From positions 1 through 39,736 of the forward strand of contig JBMYMN010000001.1 of NCBI GenBank assembly GCA_049597355.1: a DNA stretch of 39,736 nt, given 5' to 3'. Both the position numbers and the translations under genes were made by a program. Within the stretch, counting starts at the first letter, position 1. Every line of letters starts with the position of its first letter. Positions 26,371 to 37,838 of this stretch are shown here, in pieces. The notes under the pieces were generated by a model, which saw nothing but the letters and a program-made list of their open reading frames with translations, did no database searches and was not told the origin of the DNA. This stretch comes from Luteolibacter sp. (GTDB lineage Bacteria > Verrucomicrobiota > Verrucomicrobiia > Verrucomicrobiales > Akkermansiaceae).

Positions 26371-27015
26371 TTAAAGCTTGGAGAGGATTTCGATAGCCGC
26401 CTCGTTTTTGTATTTCTCGGCGATGTCTAGGGCGGTAACGCCATCTTTCGATGTTATGGAAGAATCAATCTTTTGGCTGAGGAGATACTCAATCAACTCT
26501 TTGCTGCCACTTGCGGCGGCTTCGTGCAGTGGTGTGCCGCCACGTATGCTTAACGCGTTAGGATTGGCGCCACCACTGATCAGAGCTTTGGAACTCTCCA
26601 GTTGGTTCTTGGCCGTCGCGTGGTGAAGTGGAGTCCAACCGTCCTTGTCGAGCATGTCAGGCTTGGCGCCTGCCTTCAGTAGCGCGGTTATAATCTCGGG
26701 GCTATTGCGATCGATTGCGGCATGTAACGGCGTACGCTTGGACTTGTCGATGGTGTTGGGGTCAGCGCCCTTTTTCAGTAAGAGTTTGGTAACATCAATT
26801 TTTTTACGCAGCACGGCCAACTCGAGTGGCGTGCGCGTGCTCGAACCCTTATGAACACTCCCTGGATGCTTCTCCAAATGTGCTTTGATCTGATCCAGAG
26901 TGCCTTTGGCAATAGCGCGATCGATGGTCGCAAATTCTTCTGCCTGAGCTGGGCCGTAAGCGATAAGGAACGAAGAAATGACGGAAACGAAATACGAAGG
27001 GCGGATGTTAAGCAT
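26371..27015 (-). CDS. Ankyrin repeat protein with a predicted signal peptide
   Basis: Repeats TPLELA, TPLHAA, TPLHHA, TPLHEA, TALDIA; hydrophobic N-terminus ending in AQA. Start ATG 27015, because the longer ORF overlaps the divergent gene. Confidence 0.92.
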   Translation of the reverse strand: MLNIRPSYFVSVISSFLIAYGPAQAEEFATIDRAIAKGTLDQIKAHLEKHPGSVHKGSSTRTPLELAVLRKKIDVTKLLLKKGADPNTIDKSKRTPLHAAIDRNSPEIITALLKAGAKPDMLDKDGWTPLHHATAKNQLESSKALISGGANPNALSIRGGTPLHEAAASGSKELIEYLLSQKIDSSITSKDGVTALDIAEKYKNEAAIEILSKL

Positions 27016-27148
27016 TGTGAGAAGGATGATGTAACTGGAATTTATACGAAAATCGCCTCTCGAGACCCACTTGGAAAGTGCGAAATGCTGAAAGGGGGGT
27101 GACGAGCTCGAGGTAATATGCTTTGGTCTTTTCTGCACCCAAACTATC

Positions 27149-28432
27149 ATGAATATCAATAACCTGAATCGTCGTTCGTTTCTCGGCAATAGCACCCTGG
27201 CAGGCGCCACGGTCCTCGCCGGTTCCGCTTTCGCCCAGAACACGGCCGGAGGCTCCAAAAAACTCAAATGCGTCATCATTGGCTGCGGTGGCCGTGGCAC
27301 CGGTGCCGTGAAGAACTTCCTCGAAGCCTGCAAGATTGCCGGTGTCCAGGGCGAGCTTGTCGCCACTGCGGATGCCTTCAAGGCAAAGTCTGAAAAGCTC
27401 GGTAAGGCCTACGGCCTCGATGCCAGCAAGTGCTTCAGCGGCTTTGATGCATATAAGAAGGCCATCGCCGAAGACTGCGACTACGTCCTGATGGCGACCC
27501 CTCCGAATTTCCGCCCGCTGCACTTTGATGCCGCAGTCGAAGCCGGCAAGCACTGCTTCATTGAAAAGCCTGTTGCCGTCGACCCTGCCGGCTGTCGTCA
27601 AGTCATTGCCACTGGTGAGAAGGCCAAGGCTAAGGGGCTCGCCGTTGTATGTGGCACCCAGCGCCGTCATTCCGCGAACTACCTTTTAAACAAGGCTCGC
27701 ATTGATGCTGGAGCAATTGGTGAAATCAAGGGTGGTGTGGTTCAGTGGAATGGCCGAGTGCCTTGGGTTCGCAAGCGTGAGTCTGGTCAGTCCGATGCTG
27801 ATTATTTGGCCAATAACTGGCTCAACTTCGTTGAAATGTCTGGAGACCACATCGTCGAGCAGCACGTTCATAACCTTGATGTTGCGATTTGGTACCTCGG
27901 CCGTCTGCCCACCTCTGCCATTGGTTTTGGTGGTCGCGCTCGCCGCGTTTCCGGCAACTCCTTCGACTTCTTTAGTGTCGACTACGACTTCGGCAAGGAT
28001 GTCCACATCCACAGCCAATGCCGCCAGATCCACGACTGCTACAACCGCGTGGGTGAAATGTTCACCGGCACGCACGGTGTCTGCCTGGGTGGAGGCAAGC
28101 TCACTGGCAAGGAAGTCAACGTCCCCGAGATTAAGGTCGATACCAAGAACGGCCAGACTCAGGAACACGTTGACATGATCCGCTCCGTGATCGCCGGCAA
28201 ACCACTCAACGAGGCCAAGCAAATCGCCGACTCCACTGCCGTGGCCATCATGGGCCGAATTGCCTGCTTCACCGGCAAGTTGGTGACCTTCCGCGACCTG
28301 ATGGAGCGCGAAGGTTCCGACTTTTATAACCTCACCTGTGGGCCCACTGCTGCCGACTTTGAGAAGGGTGCGGTTACGGCCCCGGCAGAAGAAGCTGTCC
28401 TGCCGGGCGCCTTCGATCCTCGCTTCAGCTAA
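27149..28432 (+). CDS. Tat-exported Gfo/Idh/MocA family oxidoreductase
   Basis: NRRSFL Tat motif, IGCGGRG Rossmann motif, ATPPNFRP, KHCFIEKP, GTQRRH, EQHVHNLD. Confidence 0.93.
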   Translation: MNINNLNRRSFLGNSTLAGATVLAGSAFAQNTAGGSKKLKCVIIGCGGRGTGAVKNFLEACKIAGVQGELVATADAFKAKSEKLGKAYGLDASKCFSGFDAYKKAIAEDCDYVLMATPPNFRPLHFDAAVEAGKHCFIEKPVAVDPAGCRQVIATGEKAKAKGLAVVCGTQRRHSANYLLNKARIDAGAIGEIKGGVVQWNGRVPWVRKRESGQSDADYLANNWLNFVEMSGDHIVEQHVHNLDVAIWYLGRLPTSAIGFGGRARRVSGNSFDFFSVDYDFGKDVHIHSQCRQIHDCYNRVGEMFTGTHGVCLGGGKLTGKEVNVPEIKVDTKNGQTQEHVDMIRSVIAGKPLNEAKQIADSTAVAIMGRIACFTGKLVTFRDLMEREGSDFYNLTCGPTAADFEKGAVTAPAEEAVLPGAFDPRFS

Positions 28433-28453
28433 GCGAGCGTGATGAATCACTCC

Positions 28454-28489
28454 AAGCCTTGGCTGGTGAACCACCGGCCAAGGCTTTTT
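28454..28489 (+). terminator. Intrinsic terminator after the oxidoreductase gene
   Basis: AAGCCTTGGCTGGTG-AAC-CACCGGCCAAGGCTT stem followed by a T-tract. Confidence 0.85.
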
Positions 28490-28653
28490 CGTGCTCGAAC
28501 AGGCACGATGAACCCATCCTCGCGCCAGCCAATCGGGTGGTGCTGCCCAATTCTCTGTGGGCATCGCTGGTAAGCCCTGACAATACCAGCAATGTAGCCA
28601 TCAGGCTGATACCCAACCTAGTTACTTGACAGTGGCATGTGGATGAAATCCGG

Positions 28654-31174
<2,521 letters not shown>

Positions 31175-31213
31175 TGCTGGAAGAGATCAGCTGATCCGCC
31201 AGTATGACGAGCA

Positions 31214-32113
31214 ATGAATCCAACTCGTCGCTCCTTTCTCACTCAAGCTGGTCTGGTCACTGCCGCCGGGCTCATTCCCACTCGCTGGGTAAACGCCAAG
31301 GACCTTGCCAAGGACCGAAAGATCAAGCTTCGCTTCGCGGTCGCCTCGGACCTTCACTACGGCCAGAACCGCACCGACTTCGACGGGATGACCGGCGATA
31401 TGGTGAAATGGATCAATCAGGAGAAGAAGGACAAGGGCCTCGACCTGCTCTTTCTCAATGGGGACCTGGTGCAGGACGATCCGAAACGGCTGATTGAGCT
31501 GCGCGATAAGCACCTCAAGAATCTTGAAGTTCCGTATTACTGCACTAAGGGCAATCATGACTACGTGGACGAGAAGCCGGGATCACCCTCCGAGTCATGG
31601 AAATCCGTATGGGGCTACGACTCCAACCACACGGTGGTCCACAAGGACTTCGTCTTCGTGCTGGCGGATACCTCCGTGCCGGCGAAGAGCAATATCTATC
31701 TCGCTGCTGACAAAGAGTGGATGGCGGGTGAATTCCAGAAGCATGAAAAGTCCCCCGCCATTTTCGCGATGATCCACATCCATCAGCGCAACGGCAAGAA
31801 AGGCTGGCCGGCTCATGGCGTTAAGGACGAAGAAGAAGTGAAGAAGGCGGATGGCGTGATGGATTTGCTGGAAACCACGCCCAACGTGCGTGGCGTTTTC
31901 CATGGTCACAACCACAACGAGACCAAGATGTGGGTGTCGGGTGAGCGCCGTTATTTCTTCGACAGCCACGTCGGGGGCAGTTGGGGGGCGGCCAAGGGAT
32001 ACCGCATCGTTGAAGTGGACGAGGACCACAACATGGTCACCTACCAAGTGGATGGCGCGAAGGGCGAAGAGCTCAATCGCGATCCCTTGCCTCAGTCCGT
32101 GAGGAAGGGTTGA
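31214..32113 (+). CDS. Tat-exported calcineurin-like metallophosphoesterase
   Basis: TRRSFL Tat motif, SDLH, NGD, GNHD, GHNH. Confidence 0.92.
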   Translation: MNPTRRSFLTQAGLVTAAGLIPTRWVNAKDLAKDRKIKLRFAVASDLHYGQNRTDFDGMTGDMVKWINQEKKDKGLDLLFLNGDLVQDDPKRLIELRDKHLKNLEVPYYCTKGNHDYVDEKPGSPSESWKSVWGYDSNHTVVHKDFVFVLADTSVPAKSNIYLAADKEWMAGEFQKHEKSPAIFAMIHIHQRNGKKGWPAHGVKDEEEVKKADGVMDLLETTPNVRGVFHGHNHNETKMWVSGERRYFFDSHVGGSWGAAKGYRIVEVDEDHNMVTYQVDGAKGEELNRDPLPQSVRKG

Positions 32114-32118
32114 GCCTC

Positions 32119-32736
32119 TCAGGGCAGCTCCAGTTCATTGATCGCCGTCATGATTTGATCGGTGACCTTCTCGTAGCCCTCTTTATTGGAGAGGGCCTTG
32201 AGTTCCTCGGGTTTGAGGTGGATGGGCTGGCCGATGACCACTGTGATGCGGGCGAGGCGGATGCGGCCCGAACCGCGCGGCAACACGTCGTTGGCACCAT
32301 AAATGCGCACCGGTTGGATAGGCGCACCCGCTTTGACTGCCACCAAACCGATGCCGGAGGCCGCCTCGCCGATGCTGCCGTCGTAACTGCGTGCACCCTC
32401 GGGGAAGAGAATCACTCGCCACCCACTCTTGAGCTTTCGGATGATGGTCTTGAGTGAAGCCATGTCCGGGCGCTCTTGGTCTACCGGGATGGCATTCCAC
32501 TGGTTGTAGAGCCACTCGAAGAAGCCCTTTTTGAACAGAGTCTTGCGTGCGAGGTAGACCATCTCGTCTTGGTAGAGGTTACCGATGAGCGGGGGGTCGA
32601 GATAGCTCTGGTGGTTGGAAGCGACGAGCACGGGGCCTTCGGTGATGAGATTGTCGCGACCGATCACGCGCAAACGGAAAAGGCCGCGATATGCCGAACC
32701 GAACAACAACCATCCGAACCAGTAAATCCAACGCAT
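32119..32736 (-). CDS. plsC: 1-acyl-sn-glycerol-3-phosphate acyltransferase
   Basis: NHQSYLDPP (HX4D) and FPEGAR motifs. Confidence 0.9.
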   Translation of the reverse strand: MRWIYWFGWLLFGSAYRGLFRLRVIGRDNLITEGPVLVASNHQSYLDPPLIGNLYQDEMVYLARKTLFKKGFFEWLYNQWNAIPVDQERPDMASLKTIIRKLKSGWRVILFPEGARSYDGSIGEAASGIGLVAVKAGAPIQPVRIYGANDVLPRGSGRIRLARITVVIGQPIHLKPEELKALSNKEGYEKVTDQIMTAINELELP

Positions 32737-32741
32737 GACAA

Positions 32742-33389
32742 TCAGGCTTCCAGTCCTTGTTGCTTGAGGATGTCGAGTGCGGCATGGAGTCCGGACTCGA
32801 TGGTGTGCTCGGAGTTGTCTAAGACGGTTGCACCATCGGCTACTTTGAGGGGTGCCGTCTTGCGCTGGCTGTCGGCGGCGTCGCGGGCGGCGATGGAGTC
32901 AATCTCGCCGTCATCCCCGCGGCGCTTGGCACGCACGGCCTCGTTGGCGGTGACATAAATCTTGTAGGGAGTGTCGGGGAAGACCACCGAACCGATGTCG
33001 CGCCCTTCCATCACCACACTACTGTGGTTGAGGTATCCGCGTTGAAGGTCGATGAGGCGTTGGCGTACTACGGGAATGGCGGCAACGGCGGAGACGTTGG
33101 CGTTTACGCCCTCGCTGCGGAGTTCGGTTCCGGGATCTACGCCATCAATACTGATGGTGGAGAGAATGCCATGGCTGCCACACTCGATATCGAGTTGGTC
33201 GAGTAAAGAGGCGATCCCGGTTTGGTCGTGGGGATCCACGCCTCGTTGCAGCGCCTTCCATGTGATGGCGCGATACATGGCACCGGAGTTGACCATGATC
33301 AGCCCCAGACGCTCGGCCAGGCATTTGGCGAGTGTGCTCTTTCCAGACGCCGCAGGGCCGTCGATGGCAATGGCGATGTGGTTATTCAT
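32742..33389 (-). CDS. cmk: Cytidylate kinase
   Basis: IAIDGPAASGKST, SGAMYRA, VMEGRDIGSVVFPD, RDAADSQR. Confidence 0.97.
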   Translation of the reverse strand: MNNHIAIAIDGPAASGKSTLAKCLAERLGLIMVNSGAMYRAITWKALQRGVDPHDQTGIASLLDQLDIECGSHGILSTISIDGVDPGTELRSEGVNANVSAVAAIPVVRQRLIDLQRGYLNHSSVVMEGRDIGSVVFPDTPYKIYVTANEAVRAKRRGDDGEIDSIAARDAADSQRKTAPLKVADGATVLDNSEHTIESGLHAALDILKQQGLEA

Positions 33390-34741
33390 GAGGCGGAGCT
33401 TAGGTCGTAGTCTGAGGGATCGCTGGCGCCACGTTGAACAGCGGCGAGGTGATGACTGAAGCCGGGATAGGAGGTGTTGATGCTCTCCGCACCCTGAATG
33501 ATCGTTTCGCCCTCAGTTGCGTCAGCGAAGAGGCCGGCGATGGCGCCGGCCATGGCGATGCGGTGATCACCGAAGCTTTGTAGCGTGGCACCTTTAAGCG
33601 GGTGGCCGCCTTCGATTTCCATCCCATCCTCAAACTCCTCTACCACACCACCCATGGCGCGTAAGTTGTCGACCACGGTGGTGATGCGGTCGGTCTCCTT
33701 TACCCGTAACTCCTTGGCATTGCGGATGGAAGTGGTGCCGGTGGCCAGAGCGGCGGCGATTGCGATGACGGGCACTTCGTCGATGAGGTTGGGGACCTCA
33801 TGCTCCAAAATCTCGGTGCTCTGCAGTTGCGCGCCTTCGACGACGATGTCTCCCATGGGTTCGCCGGGAACGTTCTGCGGCTGTTCGGTGATGTTGGCAC
33901 CCATTCGCTTGAGCACAGTGATGATGGCGTTACGGGTTGGGTTGAGGCCGACGTTGCGCAGGGTCAGTGTGGCGCCGGGCATGGCACCCGCAGCAACTAG
34001 CCAGAAGGCAGCACTGGAGATGTCTCCAGGTACTGTAAAATCGCAGGCCTTGGGTTGTTGACCACCTTCAATCGTGATGTGATTGCCGTCGATGCTCAGC
34101 TCAATGCCGAAGGAGGCCATCATGCGCTCGGTGTGATCGCGAGTGGTGGCAGGTTGAGTGACGCTTGTTGTTCCCTCAGCGAACATACCCGCGAGCAGCA
34201 CGGCGCTCTTCACCTGAGCACTGGCGACGGGCATGTCGTAGTGGATGGGGGAGAGTTTGGCGGGATGAATTTTGAGCGGCGCGCAGCCCTCCTTCTCACC
34301 GAGGGTTTCGATGTTGGCACCCATCTGACCGAGCGGGACGGTGATGCGGCCCATGGGTCGGCCGGAGAGCGATTCGTCGCCGAAGAGTTCGGAGGTGAAC
34401 GACTGACCAGCGAGTAAACCGGCGAGCAGGCGCATACCCGTACCGGAGTTGCCACAGTCGATGGCCCTGTTCGGTGCGCTGAGCTGCATGGAGCGACCGT
34501 GCAGCTTCAGATTGAGGGGGCCGTGGCCGGGAAGTTCGTCAAGCACCTCGTGGTCGGCGCCGAGGGCCTGCATTGCCCTAAGGGTATGTACACAGTCCTC
34601 GCTGGGTAGGAAGTTATTGATGGTGCAGACGCCGTCCGAAAGACCGCCGAGGATGGCCGCACGATGCGACATACTCTTGTCGCCGGGAACAGTGAATTCG
34701 GCGTGGAGAGAGTGGATGGGGGAGACGCGGAGCTCGGACAT
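33386..34741 (-). CDS. aroA: 3-phosphoshikimate 1-carboxyvinyltransferase (EPSP synthase)
   Basis: PGDKSMSHRA, DCGNSGTGMR, ASAQVKSA, RDHTERM, PGDISSAAF, ELRVKETDRI, GDHRIAM. Start ATG 34741. Confidence 0.98.
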   Translation of the reverse strand: MSELRVSPIHSLHAEFTVPGDKSMSHRAAILGGLSDGVCTINNFLPSEDCVHTLRAMQALGADHEVLDELPGHGPLNLKLHGRSMQLSAPNRAIDCGNSGTGMRLLAGLLAGQSFTSELFGDESLSGRPMGRITVPLGQMGANIETLGEKEGCAPLKIHPAKLSPIHYDMPVASAQVKSAVLLAGMFAEGTTSVTQPATTRDHTERMMASFGIELSIDGNHITIEGGQQPKACDFTVPGDISSAAFWLVAAGAMPGATLTLRNVGLNPTRNAIITVLKRMGANITEQPQNVPGEPMGDIVVEGAQLQSTEILEHEVPNLIDEVPVIAIAAALATGTTSIRNAKELRVKETDRITTVVDNLRAMGGVVEEFEDGMEIEGGHPLKGATLQSFGDHRIAMAGAIAGLFADATEGETIIQGAESINTSYPGFSHHLAAVQRGASDPSDYDLSSAS

Positions 34742-34745
34742 GAAT

Positions 34746-35582
34746 TTAGAGCGAATCGCGGCGATCTTTCGCAGCCTTAAGCCATTGTCGAGCCGCTTCT
34801 TGGTCTTGGGCGTCAAGGATGCGCATGAATTGAATCAGATCGTCAATGGTGCGTTGTAGCGGACCCATCAAGGCCTCGCGATTCTCGCTGAGGATCTCCG
34901 TCCACATATCGACGTTACCGCCCGCCACGCGGGTGGTATCCCTTAAGCCACCGCCACCAAATTGGCCGTCAGCTGGGTTCTCAAGGCAGGTTCGGGCCGC
35001 AGCGGCCGCAAGGACATGAGGTAAGTGGCTGATGTTTGCGACTAGGCTATCGTGGCTGCTACTGTCCATCCAGGTGGTGCGGCAGCCCAGGTGTTGCCAG
35101 AAAGCTTCTAAGGATTGGGTGAGTGGCTCGGGTGCATGCTGATCGTTGGTCAACAGGCAGGCTGCGCCCTCAAAGAGATTGGTCCTCGCAGCGTGGATGC
35201 CACCCTGTTCTGAGCCGGCCATGGGATGACTGCCGATGAAGTGGCGGCCGGTTCCTTCAAGAATGGGGGCGAGGGTTTGGTGGGGCATGCCCTTGACGCT
35301 TCCGACATCAGTAATCAGTGCGTCTTCGGCAAGGCCGGCAGCAATGGCGTCCTGCAAAAGCTTGGACATGGCGCCGACAGGCACGCAGAGAATGACGAGC
35401 TGGGAATCGGCAACAGCTGCCGCGAGATCGGTCGTCGCGTTTTCGATCCCGAGTTGTTTCGCCTCGCTTGCGGTTTCTTCACGACGCGCCCATAGCCGGA
35501 CCTCCTGTTTGAGAGCAAGCGCGATCGAACCGCCAAGCAGGCCGCCACCGAGAATGGTCACTTTATCGAAAGTTTTGGACAT
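34746..35582 (-). CDS. tyrA: Prephenate/arogenate dehydrogenase
   Basis: GGGLLGGSIA, ITDVGSVK, HPMAGSE, HD...SHLPH, GLRDTTRVA, MWTEI. Confidence 0.94.
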   Translation of the reverse strand: MSKTFDKVTILGGGLLGGSIALALKQEVRLWARREETASEAKQLGIENATTDLAAAVADSQLVILCVPVGAMSKLLQDAIAAGLAEDALITDVGSVKGMPHQTLAPILEGTGRHFIGSHPMAGSEQGGIHAARTNLFEGAACLLTNDQHAPEPLTQSLEAFWQHLGCRTTWMDSSSHDSLVANISHLPHVLAAAAARTCLENPADGQFGGGGLRDTTRVAGGNVDMWTEILSENREALMGPLQRTIDDLIQFMRILDAQDQEAARQWLKAAKDRRDSL

Positions 35583-35602
35583 GAATGGATGAAATGACGG
35601 AC

Positions 35603-35637
35603 AATAAAAAACCGAGCCCGTTTGTGCGGACCCGGTT
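35603..35637 (-). terminator. Intrinsic terminator after the lipoprotein gene
   Basis: Minus strand reads AACCGGGTCCG-CACAAA-CGGGCTCGGTT (with G-U pairs), followed by TTTTATT. Confidence 0.75.
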
Positions 35638-35669
35638 GTTGAAAAAAATCACGTCGGTGTCAGCCGCAA

Positions 35670-36074
35670 TCAGGGTACGCGGAAATATTTCTTTTCCGAT
35701 GCGGGGTAAGTGGGGTCTTGAACAAGGGTGCCGCTGGGAATGTCGCGGACATCCACTACCTGCTTGTTGTAAGGGCTGAAGACGAAACCGACTTTGCCGG
35801 GAACCTTACTGGCAAAGGGATAGTCGGTAGAACCCGCCGGATTAGGATTCGGGTTGGGATTGTTGAAATTCGGATTGTTCAGGCGGCTTTGTTGACGCAG
35901 TAGTTCGGCTTCCTGTTCAGCAATGCGCTGGCGCTGGAGTTCCTGTTGCCTAAATTGTTCCTCGGTGAGGTTTGGCTGTGGGCCTGGTTTCGGGCCAGGT
36001 CCGGGAATGGGGTAGCAGGAGGAAAAGATGAAGCCGATGATGGTGGCGCAGGTGATGGTCAGACGTGATTTCAT
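35670..36074 (-). CDS. Putative lipoprotein with Pro-rich linkers and a compact C-terminal domain
   Basis: MKSR + hydrophobic stretch + FSSC lipobox; PG and NP repeats; C-terminal PGKVGFVFSPY...VDVR..PSG..V.DP...FRVP. Start ATG 36074. Confidence 0.82.
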   Translation of the reverse strand: MKSRLTITCATIIGFIFSSCYPIPGPGPKPGPQPNLTEEQFRQQELQRQRIAEQEAELLRQQSRLNNPNFNNPNPNPNPAGSTDYPFASKVPGKVGFVFSPYNKQVVDVRDIPSGTLVQDPTYPASEKKYFRVP

Positions 36075-36265
36075 AGCGTCAGATGGGAGAGAGGGGGTAT
36101 CAGAATGGTCGGATCCGTTAATACGGAAATGTGTAGGAATCATGGGCGTGTTCGCGGTTGAGTCAAGTCAGGTCCGCAGAAAGACTGTTCATAGGACTGC
36201 AGTTCGAGACGGCTTATTCAGTGTTTCTTGATTTCATACGCCCCGCACGCACAGAATCTCTCGCG

Positions 36266-36484
36266 ATGCCAGATGCCACCATACACACTGTCGCAGATGT
36301 TCTCGAGGTCCGCAGCGAGGTGCTCTATCGGGTTTCGCTTCCCAATGGCAAGGAGATCCTGGCCCATTTGGGCAAGGAGCTGAAGGAGGCTGGAACCATC
36401 TTCGAGGTCGGTCAGAGTCTGCTACTGGAAATGACGCCCTTTGATTTCGATGGAGCGAGGATCTTGGGGCTCGCACCTAGCTGA
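36266..36484 (+). CDS. Translation initiation factor IF-1-like OB-fold protein, divergent paralog
   Basis: 72 aa; YRVSLPNGKEILAHL and EMTPFDFDGARI align with IF-1 FRVELENGH.VLAHI and ELSPYDL..GRI. Confidence 0.8.
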   Translation: MPDATIHTVADVLEVRSEVLYRVSLPNGKEILAHLGKELKEAGTIFEVGQSLLLEMTPFDFDGARILGLAPS

Positions 36485-36489
36485 TTCGG

Positions 36490-37836
36490 CTACTTGCCGA
36501 TACAGAAGTTGCTGAAGATCTCCCCAAGCAGATCCTCGGTATCCACCTTGCCGGGGATTTCTCCCAACGCGTCGAGGGCCTCACGCAGATCGATGGCGGC
36601 GAGTTCGAGTTGAGAGGATTGGGGGTCCATCTGGGTGAGCGCCGCGATGAGTGCTTCCTTGGCACGAATCAAACTCTGTTGATGGCGTGCGTTGATGGCG
36701 ACCTGATGTTCGCCCCAGTCGACAATGTTGAACTGGAGTGCCTGATGAATCTTTACGGAAAGTTGATCGAAGCCGTCCTGATTAAGACAGGACACGCGTA
36801 CCGCTGCCGCGTCCTTCCATGACTCATCTTCGCCGAGATCACTTTTGTTAAGGATGAGCACGTGCTTTGAGGAGTCGCGGTGCGATGATGGATCGGCTGT
36901 GCGTTGGATACTTGCATCAGCCACCTCCAGGAGTAAATCAGCCTGTTCGATCTGATCCACGGTGCGCTGGATGCCTTCAGCTTCGATGGCGTCATCCGCT
37001 TCGCGCATACCAGCGGTGTCGATCAAGCGCAGCGGCAGACCATCCAGATTGATGGTCTCCTCAATGGTGTCACGGGTGGTGCCAGCAGTCTCGCTGACGA
37101 TGGCGCGCTCGTAGCCGAGTAGATGATTGAGGAGACTCGATTTGCCAACGTTGGGTGGCCCGTAGATGACCGTGCGCACGCCTTCTCGCAGGATCCGCCC
37201 CTGATCCGCTGTTGCGAGGAGCTTGGTGGTGGTCTCGAGTACTGTCTGCACTCGCCGGTTGAGTTCGCTGCCGGTCTGGGGATCGATGTCCTCATCGGGA
37301 AAATCGATGAATGCCTCGAGATGCGCGAGGCAGCCGAGCAGTTCGTCGCGAGCCTCGGTGGTTTGTCTGCCGAGGTGTCCCTCCAGTTGGCCGCGGGCGG
37401 CGCGCAGTGCCAATTTGGTCTGGGCCGAGATCAAGTCCATCACGCCTTCGGCCTGAGTCAGGTCGAGTTTGCCATTGAGAAAAGCACGGCGTGTGAACTC
37501 GCCGGGGCCGGCGGTTTCAGCTCCACATTCCAGGAAGCGGGCGAGGACTTCGTGGGTGACAAGAAAGCCGCCATGACCTGTGAATTCGATAGTATCTTCA
37601 CCGGTGTAGCTGTTGGGCCCCCGCATCACCGTCAACAAGCCGTCGTCGATGACTTGGCCATGGTCATCGCGCACTCTGCAGTGGCGTGCCTGGTGGGCGG
37701 ACTGTTGGCTCACCTCTGCACCACAGGCCTTGGCGGCAACCTTCAGTGCATTTGGGCCGGATACGCGAATCATGGAGACGGCTCCAGTTCCGGCCGCAGT
37801 CGAGATCGCGGCGATGGTTGTGCCGTTGCTGCTCAT
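36490..37836 (-). CDS. mnmE: tRNA modification GTPase MnmE (TrmE)
   Basis: TIAAIST, PNSYTGED, HGG, PGEFTRRAFLNGKLDL, GPPNVGKSS, GTTRD, DTAG, NKSD, C-terminal FCIGK. Confidence 0.98.
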   Translation of the reverse strand: MSSNGTTIAAISTAAGTGAVSMIRVSGPNALKVAAKACGAEVSQQSAHQARHCRVRDDHGQVIDDGLLTVMRGPNSYTGEDTIEFTGHGGFLVTHEVLARFLECGAETAGPGEFTRRAFLNGKLDLTQAEGVMDLISAQTKLALRAARGQLEGHLGRQTTEARDELLGCLAHLEAFIDFPDEDIDPQTGSELNRRVQTVLETTTKLLATADQGRILREGVRTVIYGPPNVGKSSLLNHLLGYERAIVSETAGTTRDTIEETINLDGLPLRLIDTAGMREADDAIEAEGIQRTVDQIEQADLLLEVADASIQRTADPSSHRDSSKHVLILNKSDLGEDESWKDAAAVRVSCLNQDGFDQLSVKIHQALQFNIVDWGEHQVAINARHQQSLIRAKEALIAALTQMDPQSSQLELAAIDLREALDALGEIPGKVDTEDLLGEIFSNFCIGK

Positions 37837-37838
37837 GA

